From: Gammaproteobacteria bacterium
Lineage (GTDB): Bacteria; Pseudomonadota; Gammaproteobacteria; Eutrophobiales; Eutrophobiaceae
Reading direction: 5' to 3'
Length of the DNA: 64,000 nucleotides
Assembly: GCA_963422205.2 (NCBI GenBank)
Contig: CAXMWX010000009.1
Coordinates: 192,001-256,000, forward strand
Shown in pieces: positions 52,523-64,000 of this stretch; position 1 is the stretch's first letter; the number at the start of each line of letters is the position of its first letter. Under the pieces are notes generated by a model that did no database searches, was not told the origin of the DNA, and saw nothing but the letters and a program-made list of their open reading frames with translations. The position numbers and the translations under genes are program-made.

Positions 52523-53314
52523 TTAGCCTGACCAGTCCGGCGTTCTTTTTTCCAGAAAGGCCGCCAGCCCCTCCCGGCCATCCCTTGAGGTGCGGATGTC
52601 AGCGATCAACTCGCTGGTATAGTGCATTAACTCGGCGGTAACCGGTTTACCGGCGATGTCACACACCAGCTGTTTGGCCGCTTTAACGGCATGAGGGCTG
52701 TTGCCCAGCAGGGTATTGATGAGCTCGCTGACATAGGTGTCAAGCTCCTCGGCATTGACACGCTCGGCGATGAGACCAATATCCCGGGCCCTGGCCGCAT
52801 CAAACGACTCCGCCGTTAAAAAATACCGCCGGGCATGGCCGGCGCCGATGCGGCTGATCACATAGGGGCTGATGGTTGCCGGCACCAGGCCGATTCGTGC
52901 CTCGCTGAAGGCAAAGCGGGCATCATCGCTGGCAATCGCCATGTCACAGCAACTGACTAGGCCACAGCCACCGCCCATGGTCACCCCCTGTACTTTTGCA
53001 ATCGTCGGTATTGCCAGGGAATGGAGTTTATATAACAGGCTCGCCAGTGCATCAGCGTCCCGGCGGTTCTCCGCTTCAGAGTTATTCGCCATGCGCCGCA
53101 TCCAGTTGATGTCAGCACCCGCCGAGAAATTCTTACCGGCCGCGCTGAGGAGCATGACCCTGGCCTTGTCATTGGCGGCGATCTGATCCAGCGCCCGGGT
53201 CATGTCGGCGATAATATACTCATCAAAGGCATTGTGTTTGTCAGGGCGATCAAGGGTTAATTCAACCACCCCGCGTACATCCGTCTGGATTGTGAGATAA
53301 TTGCTTTGCATCAC
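52523..53314 (-). CDS. liuC: methylglutaconyl-CoA hydratase
   Basis: [30 protein letters not shown]. Confidence 0.9.
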   Translation of the reverse strand: MMQSNYLTIQTDVRGVVELTLDRPDKHNAFDEYIIADMTRALDQIAANDKARVMLLSAAGKNFSAGADINWMRRMANNSEAENRRDADALASLLYKLHSLAIPTIAKVQGVTMGGGCGLVSCCDMAIASDDARFAFSEARIGLVPATISPYVISRIGAGHARRYFLTAESFDAARARDIGLIAERVNAEELDTYVSELINTLLGNSPHAVKAAKQLVCDIAGKPVTAELMHYTSELIADIRTSRDGREGLAAFLEKRTPDWSG

Positions 53315-54927
53315 ATTCTGAACAGGCCAAACCGACCCTCGGCAATCGGCGCATTCAGACTTGCCGAGATACCGAGGCCCAACACCCGGCGTGTCTCTTT
53401 GGGATCAATAATCCCGTCATCCCACAGCCGGGCGCTGGCATAATACGGGTGTCCCTGGGTTTCGTATTGCGCCCGGATCGGCGCCATGAATCGTTCCTGC
53501 TCCTCTGCCGTCCAGTCCTTGCCCCTGGCTTGCAGGTTGTCGTGTTTCACCTCGGCCAGAACCTGGGCGGCCTGCTCACCGCCCATGACGGAGATCCGTG
53601 CATTCGGCCACAGCCATAAAAAACGGGGATTGTAAGCCCGGCCACACATGCCGTAATTCCCGGCACCGAAGCTGCCGCCAATGATCACGGTAAATTTAGG
53701 CACGTTGGTGGTGGCGACTGCGGTGACCATCTTGGCACCATCCCTGGCGATACCCCCGGCCTCATAGTTTTTCCCGACCATGAAGCCGGTGATGTTTTGC
53801 AGGAATACCAGCGGTATCCGGCGCTGCGTGCAGAGTTCGATAAAGTGTGTGCCTTTCAGGGCAGACTCGGAGAACAGAATGCCGTTGTTGGCGATGATGC
53901 CCACCGGGTAGCCGAATATATGGGCAAAGCCACAGATGAGAGTCGTACCATAGCGCTGTTTGAACTCATCAAATTCACTGCCATCGACAATGCGGGTGAT
54001 GATCTCCCGGATGTCGAATGGCTTTTTTGCCTCGGTGGGGATAACACCATACAGTTCATCGCTGCCATACAGCGGCGCATCGGCTGGCCGGGTGTTCACC
54101 GTGTACGGCCTTGTCCGGTTAAAATGGCTGACCAGGCGGCGTGCCAGTTGCAGCGCATGCTGATCATTGTGTGCGTAATGATCGGCAACGCCAGAGGTGC
54201 GTGTATGCACATCCGCCCCGCCAAGCTGCTCGGCGCTCACCACCTCGCCAGTGGCGGCCTTGACCAGGGGCGGGCCGCCGAGGAAGATCGTCCCCTGGTT
54301 CTTCACGATGATGCTCTCATCCGCCATGGCCGGCACATAGGCACCACCGGCGGTACAGGAACCCATCACCACGGCCAGTTGCGGGATCCCCCTGGCCGAC
54401 ATGCTCGCCTGATTGTAAAAAATGCGTCCGAAGTGATCGCGATCAGGGAAGACTTCATCCTGCATGGGCAGGAAGGCGCCGCCGGAATCGGCCAGATAGA
54501 TACAGGGCAGATGATTGATCTCGGCGATCTCCTGGGCGCGCAGGTGTTTTTTCACCGTCAGGGGATAATAGGTCCCGCCCTTCACGGTGGCATCGTTGGC
54601 GATAATCATGCACTGTGTGCCGTTGATCTGGCCGATGCCGGTAATGATGCCCGCCGCAGGCGTCTCATCGTCATAGACCTGATATGCCGCCAGTTGCGAT
54701 AATTCCAGAAACGGCGCCCCGGGATCGGCCAGGTGTTTAATGCGATCACGAGGCAGCAGTTTGCCACGCGCCAGGTGTTTTTCTCTGGCTTTTTCCTGCG
54801 CCTTTCCGCCGCCCCTGGCGATGTGTTCGACCTTGCTTTTCAGATCATGCACCAGAACCTGCATGGCGGCACGGTTACGCTGAAAGTCTTCTGCGTTGGG
54901 GTCAAGTTGCGATTTCAGTAATGTCAT
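53311..54927 (-). CDS. liuB: 3-methylcrotonyl-CoA carboxylase beta subunit
   Basis: [42 protein letters not shown]. Confidence 0.96.
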   Translation of the reverse strand: MTLLKSQLDPNAEDFQRNRAAMQVLVHDLKSKVEHIARGGGKAQEKAREKHLARGKLLPRDRIKHLADPGAPFLELSQLAAYQVYDDETPAAGIITGIGQINGTQCMIIANDATVKGGTYYPLTVKKHLRAQEIAEINHLPCIYLADSGGAFLPMQDEVFPDRDHFGRIFYNQASMSARGIPQLAVVMGSCTAGGAYVPAMADESIIVKNQGTIFLGGPPLVKAATGEVVSAEQLGGADVHTRTSGVADHYAHNDQHALQLARRLVSHFNRTRPYTVNTRPADAPLYGSDELYGVIPTEAKKPFDIREIITRIVDGSEFDEFKQRYGTTLICGFAHIFGYPVGIIANNGILFSESALKGTHFIELCTQRRIPLVFLQNITGFMVGKNYEAGGIARDGAKMVTAVATTNVPKFTVIIGGSFGAGNYGMCGRAYNPRFLWLWPNARISVMGGEQAAQVLAEVKHDNLQARGKDWTAEEQERFMAPIRAQYETQGHPYYASARLWDDGIIDPKETRRVLGLGISASLNAPIAEGRFGLFRM

Positions 54928-54979
54928 GTCCCTGGATGTCAGGCCCTTGGCTCATGTTGGCAGCAGATGATCGGTATCG

Positions 54980-56152
54980 TTACATGGATTCGGCAAACAG
55001 CTCCCGGCCGATCAACATGCGTCTTATCTCACTGGTGCCGGCGCCGATTTCATACAGCTTGGCATCACGCAGGAGGCGTCCGGCGGGATAGTCGTTGATG
55101 TAGCCATTACCGCCCAGCACCTGAATGGCCTCCAGCGCCATCTGTGTGGCCTTTTCCGCCGCATACAGGATCGCTCCGGCGGCATCTTTACGCGTGGTCT
55201 CGCCCCGGTCACAGGCACGGGCAACGGCATAGACATAGGCACGGCAGGCGGTTAAGGTCGTGTACATATCGGCCAGCTTGCCCTGCATGAGTTGAAATTC
55301 GCCGATGGCCCGGCCGAACTGTTTGCGTTCGTGCACATACGGCACAACCATATCCATACAGGCCTGCATGATGCCCAGCGGCCCGCCGGCCAGCACGGCC
55401 CGTTCATAGTCCAGCCCGCTCATAAGGATACGCACGCCGGCGTTCTCCTCGCCCAGGACATTCTCCACCGGCACCTCACAATCCTGAAACACCAGCTCGG
55501 AGGTGTTGGAACCACGCATCCCCAGCTTGTCCAGTTTTTGTGCGGTGGAAAATCCACGGAAGCCTTTTTCAATAATGAACGCAGTAATGCCCCGCTGGTC
55601 AATGGCCGGATTGGTTTTGGCATACACGATCAGGACATGGGCATCGGGGCCGTTGGTGATCCACATTTTGCTGCCGTTTAACAGGTAATGATCGCCTTTT
55701 TTATCCGCCCGCAGCCGCATGCCCATGACATCCGAGCCAGCGCCCGGCTCACTCATGGCCAGCGCACCCACATGTTCACCCCGGATAAGCGCCGGCAGGT
55801 AGGTTTGTTTTTGTGCTGCCGAGCCGTTACGCCGTAGCTGGTTGACACACAGATTGGAGTGGGCGCCATAAGATAAACCGACAGCGGCCGAGGCACGGCT
55901 GATCTCCTCCATGGCAATCACGTGTTCCAGATAGCCCATGCCCGCCCCGCCATATTCCTGCTCAACGGTGATGCCCAGCAGCCCCATCGCCCCCAGCTTC
56001 TGCCACAGTCCTTCGGGGAAGGTGTTGCTCTCATCCATCCCGGCGGCGATGGGTTGTAGCTCAGACCGGGCAAAATCATACACGCTTTCGCGCAGCATGG
56101 TGGCGGTCTCGCCCAGGTCGAAATTCAGGCTGGAGTAGGCTGTCTGGTGCAT
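54980..56152 (-). CDS. liuA: isovaleryl-CoA dehydrogenase
   Basis: [43 protein letters not shown]. Confidence 0.96.
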   Translation of the reverse strand: MHQTAYSSLNFDLGETATMLRESVYDFARSELQPIAAGMDESNTFPEGLWQKLGAMGLLGITVEQEYGGAGMGYLEHVIAMEEISRASAAVGLSYGAHSNLCVNQLRRNGSAAQKQTYLPALIRGEHVGALAMSEPGAGSDVMGMRLRADKKGDHYLLNGSKMWITNGPDAHVLIVYAKTNPAIDQRGITAFIIEKGFRGFSTAQKLDKLGMRGSNTSELVFQDCEVPVENVLGEENAGVRILMSGLDYERAVLAGGPLGIMQACMDMVVPYVHERKQFGRAIGEFQLMQGKLADMYTTLTACRAYVYAVARACDRGETTRKDAAGAILYAAEKATQMALEAIQVLGGNGYINDYPAGRLLRDAKLYEIGAGTSEIRRMLIGRELFAESM

Positions 56153-56167
56153 CAGTTATCTGCCAGG

Positions 56168-56186
56168 AGTTTACCTTAACGTAAAA
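56168..56186. promoter_or_regulatory. LiuR box upstream of liuA
   Basis: AGTTTACCTTAACGTAAAA, matching the known GTTTACGT..ACGTAAAC-type palindrome. Confidence 0.78.
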
Positions 56187-56209
56187 TTCGATTGTTCAGG
56201 TGGCATTTT

Positions 56210-56605
56210 TCAGGCCGCCTGCCTGACGAGTTTGTCCAGGCACTGCTGCTCTACTTTTGCCATGGTCTTGAGTGTGGCCTCAATGTCGTTCATCTTGCCC
56301 AGCAGCGCTGCCCGGTGCTGGCCTATTTTCTGGCACAAACGCAGCAGTTGCAAGGTGTCATCGGCCTTGCCATCCGCTTGAGCCGGGTTATACATATCAA
56401 TAATTTCAAGGCATTCTTCCAAGGAAAAACCGATACGCTTGCCCCTCAAGGTGAGTTTCAGCCGGGTGCGATCACGCTCGCTGTAAACCCGCCTCGCCCC
56501 GTCACGCTGCGGGCTTAGGATCTGCTTGTCCTCATAAAAACGCAAGGCCCTGGGGGTGATCTGAAATTCCCTGGCGAGCTCTCGGATAGAGTAGGTTTGG
56601 GGCAT
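56210..56605 (-). CDS. liuR: MerR-family regulator of leucine/isovalerate catabolism
   Basis: YSIRELAREF.IT.RALRFYED, LTLRGKRIGFSL.E, QL; liu context. Confidence 0.9.
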   Translation of the reverse strand: MPQTYSIRELAREFQITPRALRFYEDKQILSPQRDGARRVYSERDRTRLKLTLRGKRIGFSLEECLEIIDMYNPAQADGKADDTLQLLRLCQKIGQHRAALLGKMNDIEATLKTMAKVEQQCLDKLVRQAA

Positions 56606-56620
56606 GAATGTTTGGCAATA

Positions 56621-56640
56621 AGTTTACGTTAAGGTAAACT
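56621..56640. promoter_or_regulatory. LiuR box between liuR and the divergent ligase
   Basis: near-perfect palindrome AGTTTACGTTAAGGTAAACT. Confidence 0.82.
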
Positions 56641-56706
56641 ATAGAAAAAAAACCGGTTTCCTGCAACGATATTCACCATGATCTCATACAGTTGAGGTAA
56701 AGAGAC

Positions 56707-58383
56707 ATGAACAGTCAACCCAGTTTTGTCAGTGGCACCAGTGACAAGCCATTGATCTATCAGACCATCGGCAACGCCCTGCAAGCGGCGGCGAGCAACT
56801 GGCCGGGGCGGGAGGCGCTCATCGTCTGCCAGCAGCAGGTGCGCTGGAGTTATGCCGAGTTGGACCAAAAAGTGGACGCCTTCGCTGCCGGGCTGCTGGC
56901 CCTGGGTCTGGAGCCGGGCGACCGGCTGGGGGTGTGGGCGCCGAATGTGGCCGAGTGGGTGGTGGCGCAATTCGCCAGTGCCCGGGCGGGGCTGATTCAG
57001 GTCAATATCAATCCGGCTTATCGGGCGCATGAGCTGGACTATGTGCTGAACAAGGTGGGCTGCAAGGCGCTGATTCTGGCGGCCGAGTTCAAGGGCAGCG
57101 ATTATATTGCCCTGTTGCAATCACTTGCCCCAGAGTTGGACGCTTGCCCGGCGGGGGCATTGCAAGCCGCCCGGCTGCCACAGCTACGCACCGTGATTCG
57201 CCTGGGCGATGAGCAAAGCAGGGGTTGTCTGAACTATGATACTGTTTTTCAACTGGGGACGGATGCACACCGGCAGCATCTACGGCAACTGGCCGCTACC
57301 CTGCAACCGGATGATGCCATCAATATCCAGTTCACCAGCGGCACCACCGGCTCGCCCAAAGGCGCCACGCTGACGCATTTTAACATCCTGAACAATGGCT
57401 ATTTTGTTGGCCGGGCAATGGGCTTCACCGAGGCGGATCGGCTGTGTATTCCGGTGCCGTTTTATCATTGCTTCGGCATGGTCATGGGCAACCTGAACTG
57501 CATTACCCACGGCGCTGCCATGGTCATACCCGGTGCGGGTTTTGATCCGGACCTGACCTTGCAGGCGGTGGCGGATGAGAAATGCACCGCCTTGTATGGC
57601 GTACCGACCATGTTTATCGCTGAACTGGAACTGCCGGATTTCAAGCAATATGATCTTGGCAGCTTGCGTACCGGCATTATGGCCGGTGCATCGTGTCCGA
57701 TTGAGGTGATGAGGCGGGTTATCAACGAGATGCACATGGCCGATATCACGATCGCCTATGGCATGACCGAGACCAGCCCGGTCAGTTTTCAGAGCAGCGT
57801 TGATGATCCGATTGAGCGGCGGGTCGCCACCGTTGGGCGCATTCATCCGCATGTGCAGGTCAAGATCATTGATGAGCAGGGGCGGACAGTCAGCATCGGT
57901 CAACAGGGCGAGCTATGTACCCGTGGTTATAACGTCATGCGTGGCTATTGGGATGATGCTGAGAAGACCGCCGAGTCGATTGATGGTGCTGGCTGGATGC
58001 ACACGGGTGATTTGGCCGTGATTGATGCCGCCGGCTATTGCAATATCGTGGGTCGGGTCAAAGACATGGTGATACGTGGCGGGGAGAATATTTATCCGCG
58101 TGAAGTGGAGGAATTTTTATACAGTCATGACAAGATACAGGATGTTTCAGTCTTTGGTGTGCCGGATGATAAATACGGCGAGCAGGTGTGCGCCTGGGTT
58201 AAATTAACGACCGGGGCTGAAATGGATGCCGCCGAGCTTACATCTTATTGTCAGGAGGCGATTGCACACTACAAAATTCCGCATTACATCCGCTTTGTGG
58301 ATGCATTCCCCATGACAGTGACCGGCAAGATTCAGAAGTTCATCATGCGCCAGGCGATGATCGATGAGCTGGGTCTTGCTTAA
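56707..58383 (+). CDS. AMP-binding acyl-CoA ligase
   Basis: [50 protein letters not shown]. Confidence 0.94.
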   Translation: MNSQPSFVSGTSDKPLIYQTIGNALQAAASNWPGREALIVCQQQVRWSYAELDQKVDAFAAGLLALGLEPGDRLGVWAPNVAEWVVAQFASARAGLIQVNINPAYRAHELDYVLNKVGCKALILAAEFKGSDYIALLQSLAPELDACPAGALQAARLPQLRTVIRLGDEQSRGCLNYDTVFQLGTDAHRQHLRQLAATLQPDDAINIQFTSGTTGSPKGATLTHFNILNNGYFVGRAMGFTEADRLCIPVPFYHCFGMVMGNLNCITHGAAMVIPGAGFDPDLTLQAVADEKCTALYGVPTMFIAELELPDFKQYDLGSLRTGIMAGASCPIEVMRRVINEMHMADITIAYGMTETSPVSFQSSVDDPIERRVATVGRIHPHVQVKIIDEQGRTVSIGQQGELCTRGYNVMRGYWDDAEKTAESIDGAGWMHTGDLAVIDAAGYCNIVGRVKDMVIRGGENIYPREVEEFLYSHDKIQDVSVFGVPDDKYGEQVCAWVKLTTGAEMDAAELTSYCQEAIAHYKIPHYIRFVDAFPMTVTGKIQKFIMRQAMIDELGLA

Positions 58384-58592
58384 AGCAAAAGATAACGATG
58401 GCCGCATGGGCGCAAGATATCTTAAGCACGTCTGCATTTATCTCTCCTGATAGATGAGTCATCAGCCTGTTTTCAATGATAGAAAAGTTTTACCAAATAC
58501 ACAAAGTTTTATCAGCCGCCAGACGATGAGATAATGCCTTGTTGCCAGCATTACCTTAAAATCAGCTCAAATAACGTTATGAGGACAGCGAG

Positions 58593-60227
58593 ATGACACA
58601 ACACGCCATGCAGGACTATGAACAAGCCTGTGCCGCTTTTCAGTGGCCGCAGCCTCGGCAGTTTAACTTTGTCCGTGAGGTGCTGGACAAGTGGGCGGCC
58701 GATGAGAATAAACTTGCCCTTCGCTGGGTGGATGATGCGGGGATGCAGATCGACACCACCTTTGCCGCGCTGTGTGAGCGTTCCAGGAAATTATGCAACG
58801 TGCTGACGGCCGCTGGCATAAAACGTGGCGATGTCGTCATTGTCATCTTGAGCCGACAGGTGGCGTGGTGGGAGGCATTCACCGCCTGCATCGGCATGGG
58901 CGCTGTTATCTCTCCGGGTACAACCCAGCTATCGACTCAAGATATCGCTTATCGTATCGAGGCGGCCAATGCCCGTTGTCTCATCACCGATGCGGCCAAC
59001 GCCGCCAAGGTGGATGCGATTGAACCGGCCAGCGCCGCTCTGCCGGCCCGCCTGCTGGTTGATGCCCAAAGAGATGGCTGGATTGATTATCAGGCCGCCA
59101 TGCAAGCGGCCAGCGACGAGTTTGCTACGGCCGACACGGGCGCTGATGAGGCGCTCATGTGTTATTTTACCTCTGGCACAACGGGCTACCCGAAGCTGTG
59201 TATCCATACCCACAGCTATCCCCTCGGCCATCGAACCACGGGTGAATACTGGCTGGACCTGGGGCCGGATGATCTGCACTGGAACATCAGTGATACCGGC
59301 TGGGCGAAGGCGGCCTGGAGCAGCTACTTCGGCCCCTGGCAGTGCGGGGCGGCCTTGTTTGTCCACCATACCTTTGGTTTTGATGCACTGCGCACGCTGG
59401 CATTGTTACAACACTATCCGATCACCACGATATGTGCTGCACCAACCATCTATCGTATGCTGGTGCTGGAGGATTTATCGGCGTTCAAGCCGGCTTGCCT
59501 GCGGCATTGTGTGGGTGCTGGCGAGCCACTCAATCCTGAGGTCATCGAAACCTGGAGAAAATCCACCGGCATCACCATTCGTGATGGTTACGGTCAAACA
59601 GAGACGGCCCTGCTCTGTGGCAGCTTCCCCTGCATCGCACCACGCCTTGGTTCTATGGGCAAGCCTGTCCCGGGCATTGAGTTGCATGTGGTGGACAATG
59701 AGGGGGCGATCGTGCCGGCCAATACGGAGGGCGATATAGCGGTTAAGGTGAAACCCATCAGGCCACCGGGCTTGTTTAAGGAATACAAGGACAATCCAGA
59801 GAAGACCGCCGAGACCTTCAGGGGCGACTGGTACTTGACCGGTGACCGGGCGTACCGGGATGAGGATGGTTATTTCTGGTTTGTCGGCCGGGCCGATGAT
59901 GTGATCTTGTCAGCAGGGTATCGTATCGGCCCGTTTGAAGTGGAGAGCGCCCTGCTTGAGCATGCGGCCGTGGCCGAATCGGCAGTCATCGCCAGTCCGG
60001 ATCCCATCCGCGGCGAGGTGGTCAAGGCCTTTGTGGTGCTGGCGCCCGGCCATGCCGCCAGCGATGCGCTGAAAGCCGAACTACAGGAACATGTAAAAAC
60101 CGTCACGGCACCTTATAAATACCCGCGCAAGATTGAGTTTATTGAAGCGCTGCCGAAGACAGTGAGCGGCAAGATAAGGCGGGTTGAGTTACGAGGGCGG
60201 GAATGGGACGGCCATACTGGTGGCTAG
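58593..60227 (+). CDS. medium-chain acyl-CoA synthetase (ACSM-like)
   Basis: YFTSGTTGYPK, SDTGWAK, GEPLNPE, YGQTE, GRADDVI.S.GYRIGPFEVE, PYKYPR. Confidence 0.93.
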   Translation: MTQHAMQDYEQACAAFQWPQPRQFNFVREVLDKWAADENKLALRWVDDAGMQIDTTFAALCERSRKLCNVLTAAGIKRGDVVIVILSRQVAWWEAFTACIGMGAVISPGTTQLSTQDIAYRIEAANARCLITDAANAAKVDAIEPASAALPARLLVDAQRDGWIDYQAAMQAASDEFATADTGADEALMCYFTSGTTGYPKLCIHTHSYPLGHRTTGEYWLDLGPDDLHWNISDTGWAKAAWSSYFGPWQCGAALFVHHTFGFDALRTLALLQHYPITTICAAPTIYRMLVLEDLSAFKPACLRHCVGAGEPLNPEVIETWRKSTGITIRDGYGQTETALLCGSFPCIAPRLGSMGKPVPGIELHVVDNEGAIVPANTEGDIAVKVKPIRPPGLFKEYKDNPEKTAETFRGDWYLTGDRAYRDEDGYFWFVGRADDVILSAGYRIGPFEVESALLEHAAVAESAVIASPDPIRGEVVKAFVVLAPGHAASDALKAELQEHVKTVTAPYKYPRKIEFIEALPKTVSGKIRRVELRGREWDGHTGG

Positions 60228-60331
60228 AGAGCCTTTATTGGGGTTTAATTCCAAGGGCTGCCCCAGATGAATGATGTTATCCGGGATGGTTGGATAGCCA
60301 GGTTATCAGGAAGTCGTGCATTAACATCGAA

Positions 60332-61015
60332 TTAAAAGGGCTTGGCTGAACCCAGGAAGGCAACTGCTGCAATGCCAATCCAGTAGACGTAAGCCATATT
60401 GCGCCCGAACCGTATTGACTTGTCCAGGGTCAACTCGATGCTTGCGGTCTCACTCTCGGTGGCAAGCCGCCGGAACAGCACAGTCCACTCCCGCATAATA
60501 AAACGCAGTTTCAAACCGATGATGAGTAACAATGAATAAATCAATATCTTGCTGGAAAACCACATCGCGCCCTCTCCGGCCCGGAATGGCCCATAGCCCA
60601 TCAGGGAGCTGATGCTGGCCAGAAGCAACAAGGGAATAACCACAAAGCGAATGGCCTCATCAAACTTCGTCAGGCGGATACCGGTATCGGTTTCACGCTT
60701 AAAGAAGGCCATCCATGTCAAGCTCAGCCAGGCGGCAAAGGCCAGCCACATGATGACCAACCAGGCACCACCGTAAGGGTGCATGCCCCATAGAAATCCC
60801 ATGTGCAGACCCAACGGCAATAGTAAAACAATGCCTGTGCGGGCAAGAATATCGATACGATAAGCCGTTTCCATGTGCCGTCGGCGCTCATCCATGGATA
60901 ATTTGGGGTTGATGACATGATAGGACGTTTGAAAAACACCCCATTCACCACCCAGCCAGTAGACCATCGCCAGAATATGCAGCCAGCGTAAAACAGCGAG
61001 TTCAGTAATACCCAT
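60332..61015 (-). CDS. integral membrane protein of unknown function (about 6 TM)
   Basis: 227-aa hydrophobic ORF with LHIL..VYWLGGE.GVF and ID..AR motifs. Confidence 0.75.
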   Translation of the reverse strand: MGITELAVLRWLHILAMVYWLGGEWGVFQTSYHVINPKLSMDERRRHMETAYRIDILARTGIVLLLPLGLHMGFLWGMHPYGGAWLVIMWLAFAAWLSLTWMAFFKRETDTGIRLTKFDEAIRFVVIPLLLLASISSLMGYGPFRAGEGAMWFSSKILIYSLLLIIGLKLRFIMREWTVLFRRLATESETASIELTLDKSIRFGRNMAYVYWIGIAAVAFLGSAKPF

Positions 61016-61055
61016 AAATGCCCACTCTCAGCAGCAAACGGTTTTGTTAGGTTAG

Positions 61056-61075
61056 TATAATATTATAACATTATA
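61056..61075. promoter_or_regulatory. palindromic operator, probable site for the adjacent GntR
   Basis: TATAATATTATAACATTATA, palindrome with one mismatched pair, in the divergent promoter region. Confidence 0.6.
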
Positions 61076-61314
61076 AATAATTCAACCTCACTCTTCCGAT
61101 GAGGGGCTTGATAAAGATGATCAGCCCTTGTCCTGCCATAGAAGCGTGAACAGTCACCCCTGATAGAATCATCGCCGCTATCCATGGATGGAGTTGCCCC
61201 AGGTTATGTCTATTGAATTGGTTATTTAAAGCGGCGCGCAAGTGATGTAAACTGCCTGCACCGACTGACAGTTTCTTGTCGTGACCTATGCACAGCGCCG
61301 ACTACTCCTGACGG

Positions 61315-62145
61315 ATGTCATTATTTACCCTGTATCCAGCCATGCGTGATAGACCACAAAAACTCCTAAGGGCTTACAGTAAAAACGTGCTGGACCCGAA
61401 TTCACCGACGCCGCTGTATCATCAACTGTATTCCATGCTGAGAGGCTGCATCGTCGGTGGCATATTGGCCGATGGAGATAAAATGCCATCGGAAAAGGAA
61501 TTGGCGACTGTCTTTAAGGTCTCTCGCATCACGGCCCGGCGCGCATTACACGATCTTGCCACAGATAATTTCATTGCAAGGCACCGGGGGCGCGGCAGCT
61601 TTGTCCATTATAAGTATCAGCCAGAAACGGTGACTGCACCACTGACAGGGATGCTGGAGAGACTGGAACACATGGGGCGTGAAACCAAAATAAAGGTGAT
61701 TTCTCTTCGGTTCAGCAAACCACCGGCCAGCATGAATGAAGAATTTGAGCTGGAAGATGAACACCTGAATTTATGTCATATTACCCGAATCCGCAGTCAT
61801 AACAGCATGCCTTTTGCGTTTTATGAAAGCTGGTCTCTTGGCCTGGACAAGTCAGTCATTAATAAGCAAATGCTTGAGCAGCATCCCAGACTGGAACTGC
61901 TGCGAAAAGCCGGGATAAAAATTGCCAACATTGAGCAGACCTTGAGTGCTGAAGCGGCTTCGCCCGGTGTGGCGGATGCCCTGGGACTTATGCCTGGAAA
62001 GCCTTTGTTGAAACTCATCCGCCGGGCATTTGACCGAAAAGGAAAACAAATCGATCACCTTAACGGCGTCTATGATCCTGATCGCTTTCAATATCAAATG
62101 ACCATGTCACTGGAGACGAACACAGGCAAGCGGGCTAAAACATAA
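61315..62145 (+). CDS. GntR/HutC-family regulator (wHTH + UTRA)
   Basis: PLYHQL, MPSEKEL...FKVSRIT.RRAL, RGRGSFV, C-terminal UTRA; start may be 61342. Confidence 0.92.
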   Translation: MSLFTLYPAMRDRPQKLLRAYSKNVLDPNSPTPLYHQLYSMLRGCIVGGILADGDKMPSEKELATVFKVSRITARRALHDLATDNFIARHRGRGSFVHYKYQPETVTAPLTGMLERLEHMGRETKIKVISLRFSKPPASMNEEFELEDEHLNLCHITRIRSHNSMPFAFYESWSLGLDKSVINKQMLEQHPRLELLRKAGIKIANIEQTLSAEAASPGVADALGLMPGKPLLKLIRRAFDRKGKQIDHLNGVYDPDRFQYQMTMSLETNTGKRAKT

Positions 62146-62171
62146 TACACTCATCAATCAAGCCGCCATTG

Positions 62172-63644
62172 CTAATAAGGACGGTGCAGATACTGTCCTT
62201 TGGCCTCGCCAACAACCGCCCCGTTGTCATAAACAAGCTGCCCGCGCAGGTAGGTCTGCTTTACCCTGGCACTTAACTCTATCCCCTCAAATGGCGTATA
62301 GCCCTGTTGTGATTCGGACTCCGCTGCCCTTATCACCCAGCTTTCTTTGGGATCAACCAGCACCAGATCAGCATCCAGCCCAACCTCAATATCGCCCTTG
62401 CTGTTTAAGCCATAACGTCTGGCCGGATTGTAACTGAGCAACTCGGCGATATGGTTATAACTCATGCCGCGTTTTGTACCTTCGCTGATCAAGGCCGGCA
62501 GCAGGTACTCGGTGCCACCGAAGCCGGACTTGGCAAGAAATATATTCTCAGGATTTTCCTGATTGATTTTCATTTCCTGTTTGCAGCACGCATGATCACT
62601 CACCACCCAGTCCAGTTGCTTCTCCAGTAATCTCTCCCAGAGATACTCCACATCCTCACGAGGACGGATGGGCGGGTTGACCTTGGCATGATTGGCACAG
62701 GATGATTCTGTATCAAGCACCAAATGACCGATAGTCACTTCCCGCTTGAAATTAATATGCGGGAATACCTCCGCCATCTGCAATGCCGCTACCACGGCTT
62801 TGCGCGAAGTCAAATGCAGCAGATTGATGTTTGCACAATCAGTCTCGTTCGCAAGATAAGAAGCAATGAAGATCGCCAGACCCTCTGAATGGGGTGGCCT
62901 GGATGCGCTGTAGGCTGGCAGGCCGGTCAGCTTGTTCTCTGATTCTACGATCTTTGTATAAGCACGCATGATCTCGGCGGTTTCACAATGCAGGCTTAAG
63001 CTAATCTGTGCTGCCTTATCGGGAAAGCGATCCATCGCCTTGCGAATTCCTCGCATGATGAATTCAAAATGAGCAAAATCATATTTCTCATCTTTTCCTA
63101 TCATCAGGAAATCACTTTGATCATCCGATTTCCCATGCAGCCCATGCGAGCCATAGAACATGAAAATCTTGAACGAAGTAACGCCGTGCTCATTGATAAG
63201 GGCCTCTATCTCATCAATATGCTGGCCATTCATGGGCGCCAGATGATACGCATAATCGACATGAAAACGCCCTTCCGAGATACGCAAAACCTCAGGATAA
63301 AATTCCGCATAAGGCCCGCCTTTATTCAGATAATACTGGCCGGTACGCATGTAATTTAAGCTGCTGGTGACCCCGCCCATCGCCGCCGCCCGGCTTTCTG
63401 TAATCGCATCCTCGCTCAAATGAGAATAGATACCGGTATGCATGTGGGCATCGATGGCACCGGGAAAGGCAAGATACGCCTGCCCATCCACCGTGCGCCT
63501 TGCCTGCCCGGCCGGGATGTTGCGGGTGATTTTGGCAAACTTCCCATCCTTGATCGCAATGTCACATTCATCTACACAGGACTGGTTCGGCCGCACCACC
63601 TGCACCTGCTTGATTAACAGATCGTAATTTTCAGACACATGCAA
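62172..63644 (-). CDS. cyclic amidohydrolase (allantoinase/dihydroorotase-like)
   Basis: PG.IDAHMH, SFKIFM, LHCE, LLHLTS, KVNPPIR, SDHA, DADLVL. Confidence 0.9.
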   Translation of the reverse strand: MHVSENYDLLIKQVQVVRPNQSCVDECDIAIKDGKFAKITRNIPAGQARRTVDGQAYLAFPGAIDAHMHTGIYSHLSEDAITESRAAAMGGVTSSLNYMRTGQYYLNKGGPYAEFYPEVLRISEGRFHVDYAYHLAPMNGQHIDEIEALINEHGVTSFKIFMFYGSHGLHGKSDDQSDFLMIGKDEKYDFAHFEFIMRGIRKAMDRFPDKAAQISLSLHCETAEIMRAYTKIVESENKLTGLPAYSASRPPHSEGLAIFIASYLANETDCANINLLHLTSRKAVVAALQMAEVFPHINFKREVTIGHLVLDTESSCANHAKVNPPIRPREDVEYLWERLLEKQLDWVVSDHACCKQEMKINQENPENIFLAKSGFGGTEYLLPALISEGTKRGMSYNHIAELLSYNPARRYGLNSKGDIEVGLDADLVLVDPKESWVIRAAESESQQGYTPFEGIELSARVKQTYLRGQLVYDNGAVVGEAKGQYLHRPY

Positions 63645-63671
63645 CTCCTAAAAAGAGAATATTAAAAAGTC

Positions 63672-63682
63672 ATAATGTTATA
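63672..63682. promoter_or_regulatory. second copy of the GntR-type motif
   Basis: ATAATGTTATA, identical to part of the reverse complement of 61056-61075. Confidence 0.4.
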
Positions 63683-63798
63683 TTTATATATTATTCTGAC
63701 ATAGCTTCAAGTAGAATGACAGGCAATTAAACCAGGCCGGGCCAGAACAGCTATCGTGCTGAAAAACAGCAAGTTTATCCTCATTTACAGGCGTGTAC

Positions 63799-64000
63799 AT
63801 GTCAGCCAGTTTATTTGACAAAATCTGGGATGCACACCTTATCCGCCAATTCGATGATGGTTCCAGCCTGTTATACCTTGACCGGGTGTTCTTCCACGAA
63901 CGCACGGGTAGCATCGCTCTCGCCAGCATCCACGAGGATGGGCATCAAGTCGCCAATCCAGCGCACGTATTCGCCACCATGGATCATATCCTCGATACCT
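63799..64000 (+). CDS. LeuC-like aconitase-family hydratase large subunit (3'-truncated by window edge)
   Basis: MSASLFDKIWDAHL....DGSSLLYLDRVFFHERTG....ATMDH; not in the ORF track because it runs off the window. Confidence 0.85.
   Translation, partial: MSASLFDKIWDAHLIRQFDDGSSLLYLDRVFFHERTGSIALASIHEDGHQVANPAHVFATMDHILDT

Overview
Chromosomal window of a GC-rich gammaproteobacterium. The housekeeping backbone is intact: hemCDXY, phosphoribulokinase, msbA, parAB-atpIBEFHAGDC-glmU, nhaA, the methylcitrate operon prpRBC-D with its operators, beta-oxidation genes, and the leucine/isovalerate cluster liuRABCD with LiuR boxes and several acyl-CoA ligases. A GntR/amidohydrolase/LeuC-like cluster sits at the right end. 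Small accessory inserts are scattered through it, many of them frameshifted. The most unusual region is about 40.1-44.2 kb. It carries a split type IV pilin: a 52-aa mature pilin helix plus a separately encoded, signal-peptide-bearing putative head protein, in the Geobacter PilA-N/PilA-C arrangement. It also carries a roughly 410-bp array of GGA-loop hairpins matching the CsrA/RsmA binding consensus, comEA between two Uma2 nuclease paralogs, and a divergent controller-like XRE regulator with paired operators. Also notable are a divergent pair of methylofuran/H4MPT-pathway ATP-grasp genes (orf5/orfY-like) outside their usual cluster and a DNA methyltransferase-HNH fusion where liuE would be expected. 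All calls come from reading motifs by eye; no searches were run. No rRNA, tRNA, CRISPR array, integrase or transposase was recognised.
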